A stretch of 32,000 nt of DNA from the NCBI GenBank assembly GCA_963843975.1, contig CAWJMG010000003.1, forward strand, positions 2,340,001-2,372,000, read 5' to 3'. The position numbers and the translations under genes were made by a program. This DNA is from an uncultured Actinomycetes bacterium. GTDB lineage: Bacteria; Actinomycetota; Actinomycetes; S36-B12; CAIYMF01. Positions 16,603 through 24,715 of this stretch are shown here, piece after piece. The notes under the pieces are model-generated. The model did not search any database. It was not told the origin of the DNA and saw nothing but the letters and a program-made list of their open reading frames with translations. How positions within the stretch are numbered: the first letter of the stretch is position 1; every line of letters starts with the position of its first letter.

Positions 16603-17831
16603 AGCAGCCGCCGCTGCTTCAGGTAGGCCTTGAGGTCGTCGTACTGCCCGCTGGCGTTGGCGAACTCGACGACGGTCTTAGCGGTCTCGAGCCACGGCAT
16701 CGCCGACGGACGCACCTCCGCCAGAGCAGCCCTGACGTCGTCCATGCCGATCAGGCGCACCGTGCCCGATCGCACCGAGTCGACCATGGCGCGCTCGGCA
16801 GCCGACTCGCACACGAGCGCGATGTCGGCGCCGGTGAGCCCGTCGCTCGACGCGGCGAGGGCCCCGACGTCGATACCGGTGACGGGTCGGTTCTTGAGGT
16901 GGTGGCGGAAGATCGCCTCGCGCGCCTCGAGATCCGGCGGCAGCACCGCGAGCATCCGGTCCAGCCTGCCCGGGCGGCGCAGCGCCTCGTCGACGTCCCA
17001 CGGGTGGTTGGTGGCGGCGAGGACGAAGACTCCCTCGTTGTTGTCCTCGACGCCGTCGAGCTCGTGCAGGAGCTGGTTGACCGAGTTGCGCGCGCCGGAG
17101 TTGCGGTTCTGGCTGCGCTTGAGGGCGAGAGCGTCGACCTCGTCGAGGAAGAGCACGCACGGCGCCTTGGCGCGAGCAGCCTGGAACACGTCGTGGATGT
17201 TGCGCTCGCTCGAGCCGACCCACATGTCGAGCACGTCTGAGAGGGCGACCGAGATGAACGCCGCGTCGAGCTCGCCGGCCACCGCACGCGCGAGGTACGT
17301 CTTGCCACATCCGGGCGGGCCGTAGAGCAGCAGGCCGCCGCGCAGCGACTTGCCGTACGCGGCACGGAGCTCGGGGTTGCGCATCGGCATCAGGAACGAG
17401 ACCTCGATGCGCTCCTTGACCTCCTTCATGCCTCCGACGTCGGTCAGCCGCAGGCTCGGGCGCATGACCTCGGTGGGGTAGCCGGTGGCGGGCGACGACT
17501 CGACGAACATGGGCTCGACGACGCCGGCCATGTCGGCGTCGGCCGCCTCCCAGTCGAACTCCGCGGCGGCCGCGACGCGGTACGGCACGGCCTCCGGAGC
17601 GACGTCGTCGTCGGTCGCGGCTGCGGGTTGCCGGCTCGACAGCGCCTCGGCCATGAGCGCCTGCGCGGCCGCGTCGTCCGGACGTGCTCCGAGGACGACC
17701 GCCGCGTGCGCCACGGCCTCGGTCGGCCGACCGGCGTCGAGCAGCAGCCTCGCCACGTGCAGGCGCAGGACCGCGTCGTCCGGGCTGGCCTCCACTGCGG
17801 CGAGCAGGCTCATGATGAGCGCGTCGTCCAC
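16599..17831 (-). CDS. Single-cassette AAA+ ATPase (classic clade) with N-terminal TPR/MIT-like helical domain and acidic linker
   Basis: 410 aa. Walker A LLLYGPPGCGKT, Walker B VLFLDEVD, SRH AATNHPWDVDEALRRPGRLDR. The GTG start sits 6 nt after AAGGGGGA and 30 nt after the ispF stop. Confidence 0.85.
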   Translation of the reverse strand: MDDALIMSLLAAVEASPDDAVLRLHVARLLLDAGRPTEAVAHAAVVLGARPDDAAAQALMAEALSSRQPAAATDDDVAPEAVPYRVAAAAEFDWEAADADMAGVVEPMFVESSPATGYPTEVMRPSLRLTDVGGMKEVKERIEVSFLMPMRNPELRAAYGKSLRGGLLLYGPPGCGKTYLARAVAGELDAAFISVALSDVLDMWVGSSERNIHDVFQAARAKAPCVLFLDEVDALALKRSQNRNSGARNSVNQLLHELDGVEDNNEGVFVLAATNHPWDVDEALRRPGRLDRMLAVLPPDLEAREAIFRHHLKNRPVTGIDVGALAASSDGLTGADIALVCESAAERAMVDSVRSGTVRLIGMDDVRAALAEVRPSAMPWLETAKTVVEFANASGQYDDLKAYLKQRRLL

Positions 17832-17861
17832 GTCGTCCCCCTTCGAATCCGTGGCGAGGTG

Positions 17862-18353
17862 TTAGAGGCGCACGACCAACGCCGTGGCGATCGCCGCGAG
17901 ACCCTCGCCGCGACCCGTGAGCCCCAGCCCGTCCGTGGTCGTGGCGGACACCGACACCGGTGCGCCCACGACCTCGCTCATGGCTGCCTCGGCAGCGTGC
18001 CGGCGCGGGCCGACCTTGGGCCGGTTGCCGATGATCTGGACGCTCACGTTGCCGATGGTCCAGCCGTCCTCGGCCAGCAGCCGCACGACCTCGGAGAGCA
18101 GTGCCGAGCCCGAGGCCCCGGCCCACTCCTCGCGGTCGGTGCCGAACACCGAGCCGAGGTCGCCGAGGCCGGCGGCCGAGAGGAGAGCGTCGCAGGCGGC
18201 GTGCGCGGCGACGTCGCCGTCGGAGTGCCCGGCCACACCGGTCTCACCGGGCCAGACGAGGCAGGCGAGCCAGAGCTCGCGCCCGGCCTCGAAGGGGTGG
18301 ACGTCGACGCCGATGCCGACGCGCGGCAGGTGCGGCAGGTCAGCTGACGACAC
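17862..18353 (-). CDS. ispF: 2-C-methyl-D-erythritol 2,4-cyclodiphosphate synthase
   Basis: 163 aa. [22 protein letters not shown], and the [16 protein letters not shown] motifs. The GTG start overlaps the ispD 3' end by 14 nt. Confidence 0.92.
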   Translation of the reverse strand: MSSADLPHLPRVGIGVDVHPFEAGRELWLACLVWPGETGVAGHSDGDVAAHAACDALLSAAGLGDLGSVFGTDREEWAGASGSALLSEVVRLLAEDGWTIGNVSVQIIGNRPKVGPRRHAAEAAMSEVVGAPVSVSATTTDGLGLTGRGEGLAAIATALVVRL

Positions 18354-19065
18354 CGGCAGCCCTCCGTCGCGCGAGCACGGCCTCGGCCAGCACCAGGTCG
18401 ATCGGGCGCGTCACCTTGAACGCCTCCTCGTCTCCGGGCACCACGAGCACGGGGACGCCCTGGGCCTCGACGAGGCCGGCGTCGTCGGTCGCAGGCAGGT
18501 CGGGGTCGGATGCCGCGTGCGCCGCGGTGAGCACCTGGCGCGTGAAGCCTTGCGGCGTCTGGATCGCGCGCAGGGCAGAGCGGTCGAGCGTGGTGACGAC
18601 CGTGCCGTCGGCGTCCACCTGCTTGACCGTGTCGGCCACGGGGATCCCGGGGACGACGGCGGGCGCACCGGCGCGCACCGCAGCGGCCACGGCGTCGATC
18701 AGCGAGGTGGGCACGAGCGGGCGCGCGGCGTCGTGCACGAGGACGACGTCGACCTCGGTGGGCAAGGACACCAGGGCGCGCGCGACGGAGTCCTGCCGCG
18801 TCTCGCCGCCCGACACCACCATCGACGGCGCGACGCCGGGAGCCGAGTCGAGGAGGTTGTGCTCCGCGAGCAGGGCGACGACGTCGGCCACGCCGTCCTC
18901 GGGAGCCGCGATCACGACGAGGTCGACCGACCGCGCCGTGGCAAGCGCCCGGACGGCGTGCACGAGCATGGGGACGCCGCCGAGCAGCCGGAGCGCCTTC
19001 GGCGCACCCGGCCCGAGCCTCTCCCCACGCCCCGCCGCCGGGACGACCGCTGCGGTCAACGTCAC
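18340..19065 (-). CDS. ispD: 2-C-methyl-D-erythritol 4-phosphate cytidylyltransferase
   Basis: Start set at GTG 19065 ([18 protein letters not shown]...), overlapping the upstream stop (GTGA). [10 protein letters not shown] and IQTPQGF motifs. The track ORF 18340..19779 is over-extended. Confidence 0.9.
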   Translation of the reverse strand: MTLTAAVVPAAGRGERLGPGAPKALRLLGGVPMLVHAVRALATARSVDLVVIAAPEDGVADVVALLAEHNLLDSAPGVAPSMVVSGGETRQDSVARALVSLPTEVDVVLVHDAARPLVPTSLIDAVAAAVRAGAPAVVPGIPVADTVKQVDADGTVVTTLDRSALRAIQTPQGFTRQVLTAAHAASDPDLPATDDAGLVEAQGVPVLVVPGDEEAFKVTRPIDLVLAEAVLARRRAAGVVS

Positions 19066-20168
19066 CTGGCGGCGCCGCTGGTCACGGTCGGCTTGGCGAA
19101 CACGAGGCGGCCGTTGGCCGTCGTGAGCACGCTGGTCACCATCACACGCACATCCTGGCCCACGCGGTCGCGTGCGTGCTCGGTGACGACCATCGTGCCG
19201 TCGTCGAGGTAGCCCACGGCCTGGCCCTGCTCCTTGCCCGCCTTGAGCAGGTGGAGGTCGACCTCGTCGCCGACGACCACGAGCGGCCGGAGGGCGAGGG
19301 CGAGGCCGTGCAGGTTGAGGACCCGGACGCCCGCGATCGCGGCGGCCTTGGCGAGGTTGGTGTCGAAGGTCAGCAGGGCGCAGTTGCGGTCGATCGACAT
19401 GCGCACGAGCTTGGCGTCGACGTCGGTGACGGAGATGGCCTCGTCCGGGATCGTCTGGACGTCCACCCCCTGCTCGTGGCGCAGCGCCTCGAGCACGTCG
19501 AGGCCGCGACGGCCCTTGGCGCGGCGGTGCTCGTCGGAGGAGTCGGCCATGGCCTGCAGCTCGTCGAGGACGGGCTGCGGGACGAGGAAGCGGCCGTGGA
19601 GGAAGCCCGAGCGGACGACGTCGAGCACGCGCCCGTCGATGGCCACGGAGGTGTCCACGAGGCGCGGGAGGGTGACCGAGGCCGGCTTCACGGTCGCGAG
19701 GCCCGCGCGGCCGCCGACGGCCTGCATGACGGCGTCCCGGCGCGAACGCCCGACGCGGAAGCCGAAGAAGCTGACGCACGCCACGACGAACACGAAGACG
19801 GGCAGGACGATCAGCGGAGGTCCGAGCAGGAACAGCGGCCAGGTGATCACCGCGCCGAAGACCGCCCCGACCATGGCGCCGAACGCACCGGCGATGGCCT
19901 GCTCGGGCGAGAGGCCCTCGAGGACCCGCTCGCCGCGGTCGAGCGTGCGCACGGTCAGGCGCGCGACGACGCCGCCCAGGACGTACCCGAGCATCGCGCC
20001 GATGATCGCACCGAGCCAGAGCCCGGAGAAGGGCCCGAGGACCTCACCGGAGGGCTGCGCGCCCATCCGGTCGGCGACCTCGTAGCCGACACCGGCGCCG
20101 AACACGACGACCATGAGGCGTAGTGCCTCGACCATCACGCTGGGGACTCGCGAGAGCTTGAGGGCCAT
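19062..20168 (-). CDS. PIN/TRAM domain membrane protein (YacL-like)
   Basis: Start set at ATG 20168, 8 nt after GAGGAGGA. Four N-terminal TM helices, a PIN-like core (RLVDTSVAIDGRV...), and a C-terminal TRAM-like beta domain (VRVMVTSVLTTANGRLVFAKP). Same position relative to ispDF as B. subtilis yacL. Confidence 0.8.
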   Translation of the reverse strand: MALKLSRVPSVMVEALRLMVVVFGAGVGYEVADRMGAQPSGEVLGPFSGLWLGAIIGAMLGYVLGGVVARLTVRTLDRGERVLEGLSPEQAIAGAFGAMVGAVFGAVITWPLFLLGPPLIVLPVFVFVVACVSFFGFRVGRSRRDAVMQAVGGRAGLATVKPASVTLPRLVDTSVAIDGRVLDVVRSGFLHGRFLVPQPVLDELQAMADSSDEHRRAKGRRGLDVLEALRHEQGVDVQTIPDEAISVTDVDAKLVRMSIDRNCALLTFDTNLAKAAAIAGVRVLNLHGLALALRPLVVVGDEVDLHLLKAGKEQGQAVGYLDDGTMVVTEHARDRVGQDVRVMVTSVLTTANGRLVFAKPTVTSGAAR

Positions 20169-20237
20169 GCTGCCGTTCCTCCTCACGAGGACCGGGCAGT
20201 GGTGCCACCCCGGGGGGCGTCGACGCGGGCGCGCCGA

Positions 20238-20720
20238 TCAGGAGGCGAGAACCTCGTCGAGGATCGCCTCTGCCTTGTCCTCGTTTGTGTTCTCGGCAAG
20301 TGCGAGCTCCGACACAAGGATCTGGCGCGCCTTTGCGAGCATTCGCTTCTCGCCGGCGCTGAGGCCACGCTCACGCTCACGGCGCCAGAGATCGCGGACG
20401 ACCTCGGCCACCTTGATGACGTCGCCGCTGGCCAGCTTCTCGAGGTTGGCCTTGTAGCGGCGCGACCAGTTGGTCGGCTCCTCGGTGTAGGGCTGGCGCA
20501 GCACGTCGAAGACGCGGTCCAGGCCCTCCTGGTTGACCACGTCGCGCACGCCGACGAGGTCGACGTTGTCCGAAGGCACCCGAACCGTGAGATCGCCCTG
20601 GGCGACGCGCAGGACCAGATAGTCCCGCTCGACCCCCTTGATCACGCGCTTCTCGATGGCCTCAATGAGGGCTGCACCGTGGTGCGGGTAGACAACAGTG
20701 TCACCGACCGTGAACGTCAT
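20238..20720 (-). CDS. carD: CarD family RNA polymerase-binding transcriptional regulator
   Basis: 160 aa. [39 protein letters not shown] (RID/Tudor-like) plus a C-terminal helical domain. Synteny with ispDF as in mycobacteria. Confidence 0.93.
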   Translation of the reverse strand: MTFTVGDTVVYPHHGAALIEAIEKRVIKGVERDYLVLRVAQGDLTVRVPSDNVDLVGVRDVVNQEGLDRVFDVLRQPYTEEPTNWSRRYKANLEKLASGDVIKVAEVVRDLWRRERERGLSAGEKRMLAKARQILVSELALAENTNEDKAEAILDEVLAS

Positions 20721-20750
20721 AGGTGGAGATCCCCTTTCCAGGTACCGACG

Positions 20751-20759
20751 AGTTTACCA
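20751..20759 (-). promoter_or_regulatory. Candidate extended -10 (TGGTAAACT) for carD
   Basis: The minus strand reads GCGTGGTAAACTCGTCG. TAAACT fits TANNNT and is preceded by a TGN. The predicted TSS is about 24 nt upstream of ATG 20720, with AAAGGGGA as the SD. No convincing -35. Confidence 0.35.
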
Positions 20760-21094
20760 CGCTCCCAAGACCCGTCGGAGGGCGTTGTCGCAGGTCAGAG
20801 GCCTGATCGGGGCTTGACAAACGGCGACGGACGCGCATGGCCCGGCCGCTGCGGCGTGCCGGAACCGCCCGCGGCCGGGGCGCTCGCCCACGGTAGGCGG
20901 GGGCTCCGACGGTCGCCGGCGGACCTCGCGGGCACCACCCGGAGGGGTGGGCGACGGGGCCCGGACGGGGGGCCGCCGGGTGCGTCCCGGAGCATGCGGC
21001 GTCACTGCTCCGTCGCAGGTCACGGGCGGTGGCGGGGCGCTCATGCCCTAGGCTGGCCGAGCCCGATCCGACCGGTCCCGCTAGGAGCGCTCCC

Positions 21095-21616
21095 GTGCCT
21101 GCCACCCGCCGCACGCGCCACGTCGTCGCCGCCTCGGCGCTCACGCTGGCGCTGGTCTCCACGCTCTCCGGCTGCGCGAGCGGCTTCAACGCGGGCACGT
21201 CGCTGCAGAAGGCCTCGGGGAACGGCGCCAACGCCAACCTCGGCGACCTCCAGATCCGCGACATCACGATCGTGAAGGTCGATGGATCCACCGACGCCAC
21301 CCTCATCGGCACGATCGTGAACCGAGGCGGCGAGGACGACGCCCTGACCGCCGTGACGCTCCTCGACCCGACCGGCAAGGCCACGATCGGCGGCACCGCC
21401 GCCGTGGCCGGCGCGCTGCCGCTGAGCACGCTGTCGGCCACGCGCATCGGCTACGCCGCCGATGACCACGTCGACATCAGCGGCCTCACCGCCGCGCCCA
21501 CGCAGTACGTGACCGTCGAGCTCCAGTTCAAGCGCGCCGGCACCGTCCAGATGGACGTCATGGCCGTCCCGCCGACCGGCATCTACGAGGGCATCACCCC
21601 CCTCGCCGCCGGCTGA
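21095..21616 (+). CDS. Lipoprotein, LpqE-like by position (next to carD)
   Basis: ORF 21029..21616. Start set at GTG 21095, 7 nt after AGGAG. Signal peptide with lipobox LSGC (VPATRRTRHVVAASALTLALVSTLSGCAS). Beta-rich mature part. The relation to M. tuberculosis lpqE is inferred from synteny only. Confidence 0.7.
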   Translation: MPATRRTRHVVAASALTLALVSTLSGCASGFNAGTSLQKASGNGANANLGDLQIRDITIVKVDGSTDATLIGTIVNRGGEDDALTAVTLLDPTGKATIGGTAAVAGALPLSTLSATRIGYAADDHVDISGLTAAPTQYVTVELQFKRAGTVQMDVMAVPPTGIYEGITPLAAG

Positions 21617-21626
21617 GCACTCCCAC

Positions 21627-21674
21627 CCGTACGACGAAGGCCCCCGGAGCGATCCGGGGGCCTTCGTCGTACGG
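21627..21674. terminator. Bidirectional terminator: perfect 22-bp stem CCGTACGACGAAGGCCCCCGGA-GCGA-TCCGGGGGCCTTCGTCGTACGG
   Basis: Read directly. Lies between the convergent lipoprotein gene (stop 21616) and the response regulator gene (stop 21707). Confidence 0.8.
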
Positions 21675-21706
21675 AGTGACGCCGCCCTCGGGCGGCACCG
21701 GTCAGA

Positions 21707-22387
21707 TCACGGCTCGAACTTGTAGCCCAGGCCGCGGACGGTGACGAGGTGGCGCGGGGCGGCCGGGTCGGCCTCGATCTTGGCGCGCAGGCGCTTGACG
21801 TGGACGTCGAGCGTCTTGCCGTCGCCGACGTAGTCCGAGCCCCACACGCGGTCGATCAGCATGCCCCGGGTGAGGACGCGGCCGGCGTTGCGCAGCAGCA
21901 CCTCGAGCAGCTCGAACTCCTTGAGCGGCAGGGTCACGCCCTCGCCGCCGACCGTGACGACGTGGCGGTCGACGTCCATCCGGACGGGCCCGGCCTCGAG
22001 CGTCGGGGGCACGAGCTCCTCGGGCTCGGAGGCGCGTCGGAGCACCGCGCGGATGCGGGCGACGAGCTCGCGCGAGGAGAACGGCTTGGTCACGTAGTCG
22101 TCGGCGCCGAGCTCGAGGCCCACGACCTTGTCGACCTCGCCGTCCTTCGCCGTGACCATGATGATCGGCACGCTCGAACGCTGTCGGAGCGCGCGGCACA
22201 CCTCGGTGCCCGACATGCCCGGGAGCATGAGGTCGAGCAGCACGAGGTCGGCGCCGTTCTGGTCGAACATCGAGACGGCGTCGGTGCCGGTGGAGGCGAT
22301 CCCGACCTCGAAGCCCTCCTTGCGCAGCATGAAGGACAGGGCGTCGGAGAAGGACTCCTCGTCCTCCACGACGAGAACACGGGTCAC
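21707..22387 (-). CDS. regX3: OmpR/PhoB-family response regulator (RegX3/PhoP type)
   Basis: GTG 22387 overlaps the kinase stop (GTGA). VTRVLVVEDEESFSDALSFMLRKEGFEV..LVLLDLMLPGMSG..VTAKD (receiver) and LVTVRGLGYKFEP (winged helix). The track ORF 21707..23647 is an over-extension through the kinase gene. Confidence 0.9.
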   Translation of the reverse strand: MTRVLVVEDEESFSDALSFMLRKEGFEVGIASTGTDAVSMFDQNGADLVLLDLMLPGMSGTEVCRALRQRSSVPIIMVTAKDGEVDKVVGLELGADDYVTKPFSSRELVARIRAVLRRASEPEELVPPTLEAGPVRMDVDRHVVTVGGEGVTLPLKEFELLEVLLRNAGRVLTRGMLIDRVWGSDYVGDGKTLDVHVKRLRAKIEADPAAPRHLVTVRGLGYKFEP

Positions 22388-23574
22388 TGCGGGGTGTCTC
22401 CTTCGGTGGTGCCGGTGACGCCGGCGGTTGCCAGCGGGAGTCGGAGGGTGAACGTCGAGCCCTCGCCCTCGACGGACCAGACGGTGCATTCGCCGCCGTG
22501 GTTGACGCAGACGTGCTTGACGATGGCGAGGCCGAGGCCGGTGCCACCGGTGATGCGCGAGCGCGCCGGGTCGACCCGGTAGAAGCGCTCGAAGATGCGG
22601 GCCTGCTCGCTCTCGGGGATGCCGATTCCCTGGTCGGTGACGCCGATCTCCACGATCTGACCGTTGAGTCGGGCCGCCACGACCACGCGGGTGCCCGCGG
22701 GCGAGTAGGCGATGGCGTTGGTGAGGAGGTTGCGCAGCGCCATGACCAGCTGCGCCTCGTTGCCCATGATCTCGGCGTGCACGTGCGGGCCGACGACGAC
22801 GTCGATCTCGCGCGCACCCGCCGACATCTTGGTGGCGTCGACGGCTTCCGCCACGAGTCGGTCGACCTCGACGGGCTCGCTGCCCGCGACCTCGGCGCCC
22901 TGCAGTCGGGAGAGGTCGACGAGGTCGTTCATGAGGTTGGTGAGCCGGCGCGACTCGATCTGCATGCGAGCCGAGAACCGCTGCACGGCCTCGGGATCGT
23001 CGCTCGCGCTCTGGACGGCCTCGGCGAGCAGCGAGAGCGCCCCCACCGGGGTCTTGAGCTCGTGCGACACGTTGGCGACGAAGTCGCGGCGCACGGCGTC
23101 GAGGCGCAGTGCCTCGGACAGGTCCTCCACGATGACGAGCGCCGCCGTGGGCGACAGCGTCGCCACGCGCACCCGGGCATGGAGGACGCCCTTGCCGAGC
23201 GGGCCGCGGCGCAGCTCGACGTCCTCCTCGCGGATCACGCCGTCCCGGCGGACCGCGGCGACCAGCGCCCGGATCTCCGGGATGTCGAGGCGGCGGCCCT
23301 GGACCACTCCGAGCCCGGCGCTCTGAGTGGAGGCACGGAGGACGCCGTCGTCGGAGCCCACGACGAACGCGGCGCCGGGGAGGACGGCGAGGAGGCGGGA
23401 GAGTCCCTCGGGGACGTTCGGCGACGGGACGCCGTCGTCGACCGGGGTGTCCTGGACGGGTGCGGGGACGACGTCGACCCGGCGACGGGCGAGCACGCTC
23501 GCGACGCCGAAGCCGACGGCGAGGCCGACCACCAGGGCCGCGATGAGGCCGATCGCACCGTCCACGTGCACCAC
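22384..23574 (-). CDS. senX3: Sensor histidine kinase (SenX3/PhoR type); start codon uncertain
   Basis: H-box VSHELKTPVGAL, N-box LLTNAIAYSP, G-boxes DQGIGI and GGTGLGLAIV. I moved the start from track position 23685 to GTG 23574 or 23571 (VVHVDGAIGLIAALVVGLAVGF, which opens directly with the TM helix). The extension contains PHO-box-like repeats and a rare TTA codon. Confidence 0.85.
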   Translation of the reverse strand: MVHVDGAIGLIAALVVGLAVGFGVASVLARRRVDVVPAPVQDTPVDDGVPSPNVPEGLSRLLAVLPGAAFVVGSDDGVLRASTQSAGLGVVQGRRLDIPEIRALVAAVRRDGVIREEDVELRRGPLGKGVLHARVRVATLSPTAALVIVEDLSEALRLDAVRRDFVANVSHELKTPVGALSLLAEAVQSASDDPEAVQRFSARMQIESRRLTNLMNDLVDLSRLQGAEVAGSEPVEVDRLVAEAVDATKMSAGAREIDVVVGPHVHAEIMGNEAQLVMALRNLLTNAIAYSPAGTRVVVAARLNGQIVEIGVTDQGIGIPESEQARIFERFYRVDPARSRITGGTGLGLAIVKHVCVNHGGECTVWSVEGEGSTFTLRLPLATAGVTGTTEGDTPQ

Positions 23575-23637
23575 GATAGGGCCGTACGGGAGTGCTAACG
23601 AACGGCGAACGGCCTGGGGTAGAAGACTTCCGCAGGA

Positions 23638-23690
23638 GTTCACCCACGACACCGGATGTTCATCTGCGAGTCGGGCTTCGTTCACGCTCC
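23638..23690 (+). promoter_or_regulatory. PHO-box-like direct repeats GTTCACCCACG / GTTCATCTGCG / GTTCACGCTCC in the phoU-phoR divergent region
   Basis: GTTCA units begin at 23638, 23658 and 23680 (the last two are 22 nt, or 2 x 11, apart). The first two fit the Streptomyces PhoP consensus G(G/T)TCAYYYR(G/C)G exactly. Confidence 0.55.
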
Positions 23691-23794
23691 CGCACCGCCC
23701 GGTCCCCCCTCGGGCCTAGGCTGACCGTCACGACGTGAGAGCGGTGCCCCGGTGCACCGCGGATCGCCCTTCGGGGCGCGAGGCGAGGACACCC

Positions 23795-24472
23795 ATGCGC
23801 GAGGCGTACCACTCCCAGCTCGATCAGGTCAGCGACGACCTCGTCGAGATGACCCGGCTCGTCGGCTCGGCCATGAACAAGGCCACCCAGGCCCTGCTCG
23901 ACGCCGACCTCGCGCTCGCCGAGAGCGTCATCGCCGGCGACGAGGCGATCGACGCGATCGCCTCCAAGGTCGAGGCCGACTGCTTCCTGGTCTCGGCCCG
24001 CCAGCAGCCCGTGGCCACCGACCTGCGCATCATCGTCGCCTCGCTGCGCATCTCGGCCTCGCTCGAGCGCATGGGCGACCTCGCCGAGCACATCGCCAAG
24101 GCCGCGCGCCTGCGCTACCCGAACTCCGCCGTCCCGGCCCAGCTGCGCCCGACCTTCCAGGCCATGGGTGCGGTCGCCCAGAACGTCGTCGCCAAGACCG
24201 GCTCGGTCATCGCGACGAAGGACATCACCATGGCCGCCGACATCGCCCGCACGGACGAGGAGATGGACCGCCTCCACAAGGAGCTGTTCACGACCGTCCT
24301 CGCACCCACGTGGGACTTCGGCGTCGAGGCAGCCGTCGACGTCACGCTGCTCTCGCGCTTCTACGAGCGCTTCGCCGACCACGCCGTGACGATCGCCAAG
24401 CGCGTGGTCTACGTCGCCACCGGCGAGCCGTACGCCACGGTCGACCCCGAGGCCATCGTCGACAACCTCTGA
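23795..24472 (+). CDS. phoU: Phosphate signalling complex protein PhoU
   Basis: ORF 23735..24472. Start set at ATG 23795 after GAGGCGAGGA (MREAYHSQLDQVSDDLVEMTRLV...). Two PhoU repeats (..ERMGDLAEHIAK.. and ..ERFADHAVTIAK..). Confidence 0.92.
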   Translation: MREAYHSQLDQVSDDLVEMTRLVGSAMNKATQALLDADLALAESVIAGDEAIDAIASKVEADCFLVSARQQPVATDLRIIVASLRISASLERMGDLAEHIAKAARLRYPNSAVPAQLRPTFQAMGAVAQNVVAKTGSVIATKDITMAADIARTDEEMDRLHKELFTTVLAPTWDFGVEAAVDVTLLSRFYERFADHAVTIAKRVVYVATGEPYATVDPEAIVDNL

Positions 24473-24715
24473 GCACCCTCCGCACCACCCGTTCGGACGA
24501 CGCCCCCGACCGCCTCACCGGCGCCCGGGGGCGTCGCCGTTCCGGTGACGCTGCGCACGCTCCGTGCGTCGACGTGAGCGTGCGGTGACCCGGACATGAC
24601 CGATTCCTGACGTCTCGCCGGCTCCGTGGGCGCATCGGGCAGGAATGCGGGAGACTCGGGAGCCGTTCGACCAGGGAGGCCTGTCCCTGGCCCCAGTGAC
24701 GAGGAGGTGCGTGGC

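Noticed and set aside
20812-20817. Perfect TTGACA -35 hexamer on the + strand in the carD-lipoprotein gap, followed by a 19-codon Arg-rich mini-ORF (ATG 20838)
   Set aside because: No TANNNT hexamer lies at 16-19 nt spacing. The mini-ORF has no SD and its composition is not peptide-like. Insufficient support.
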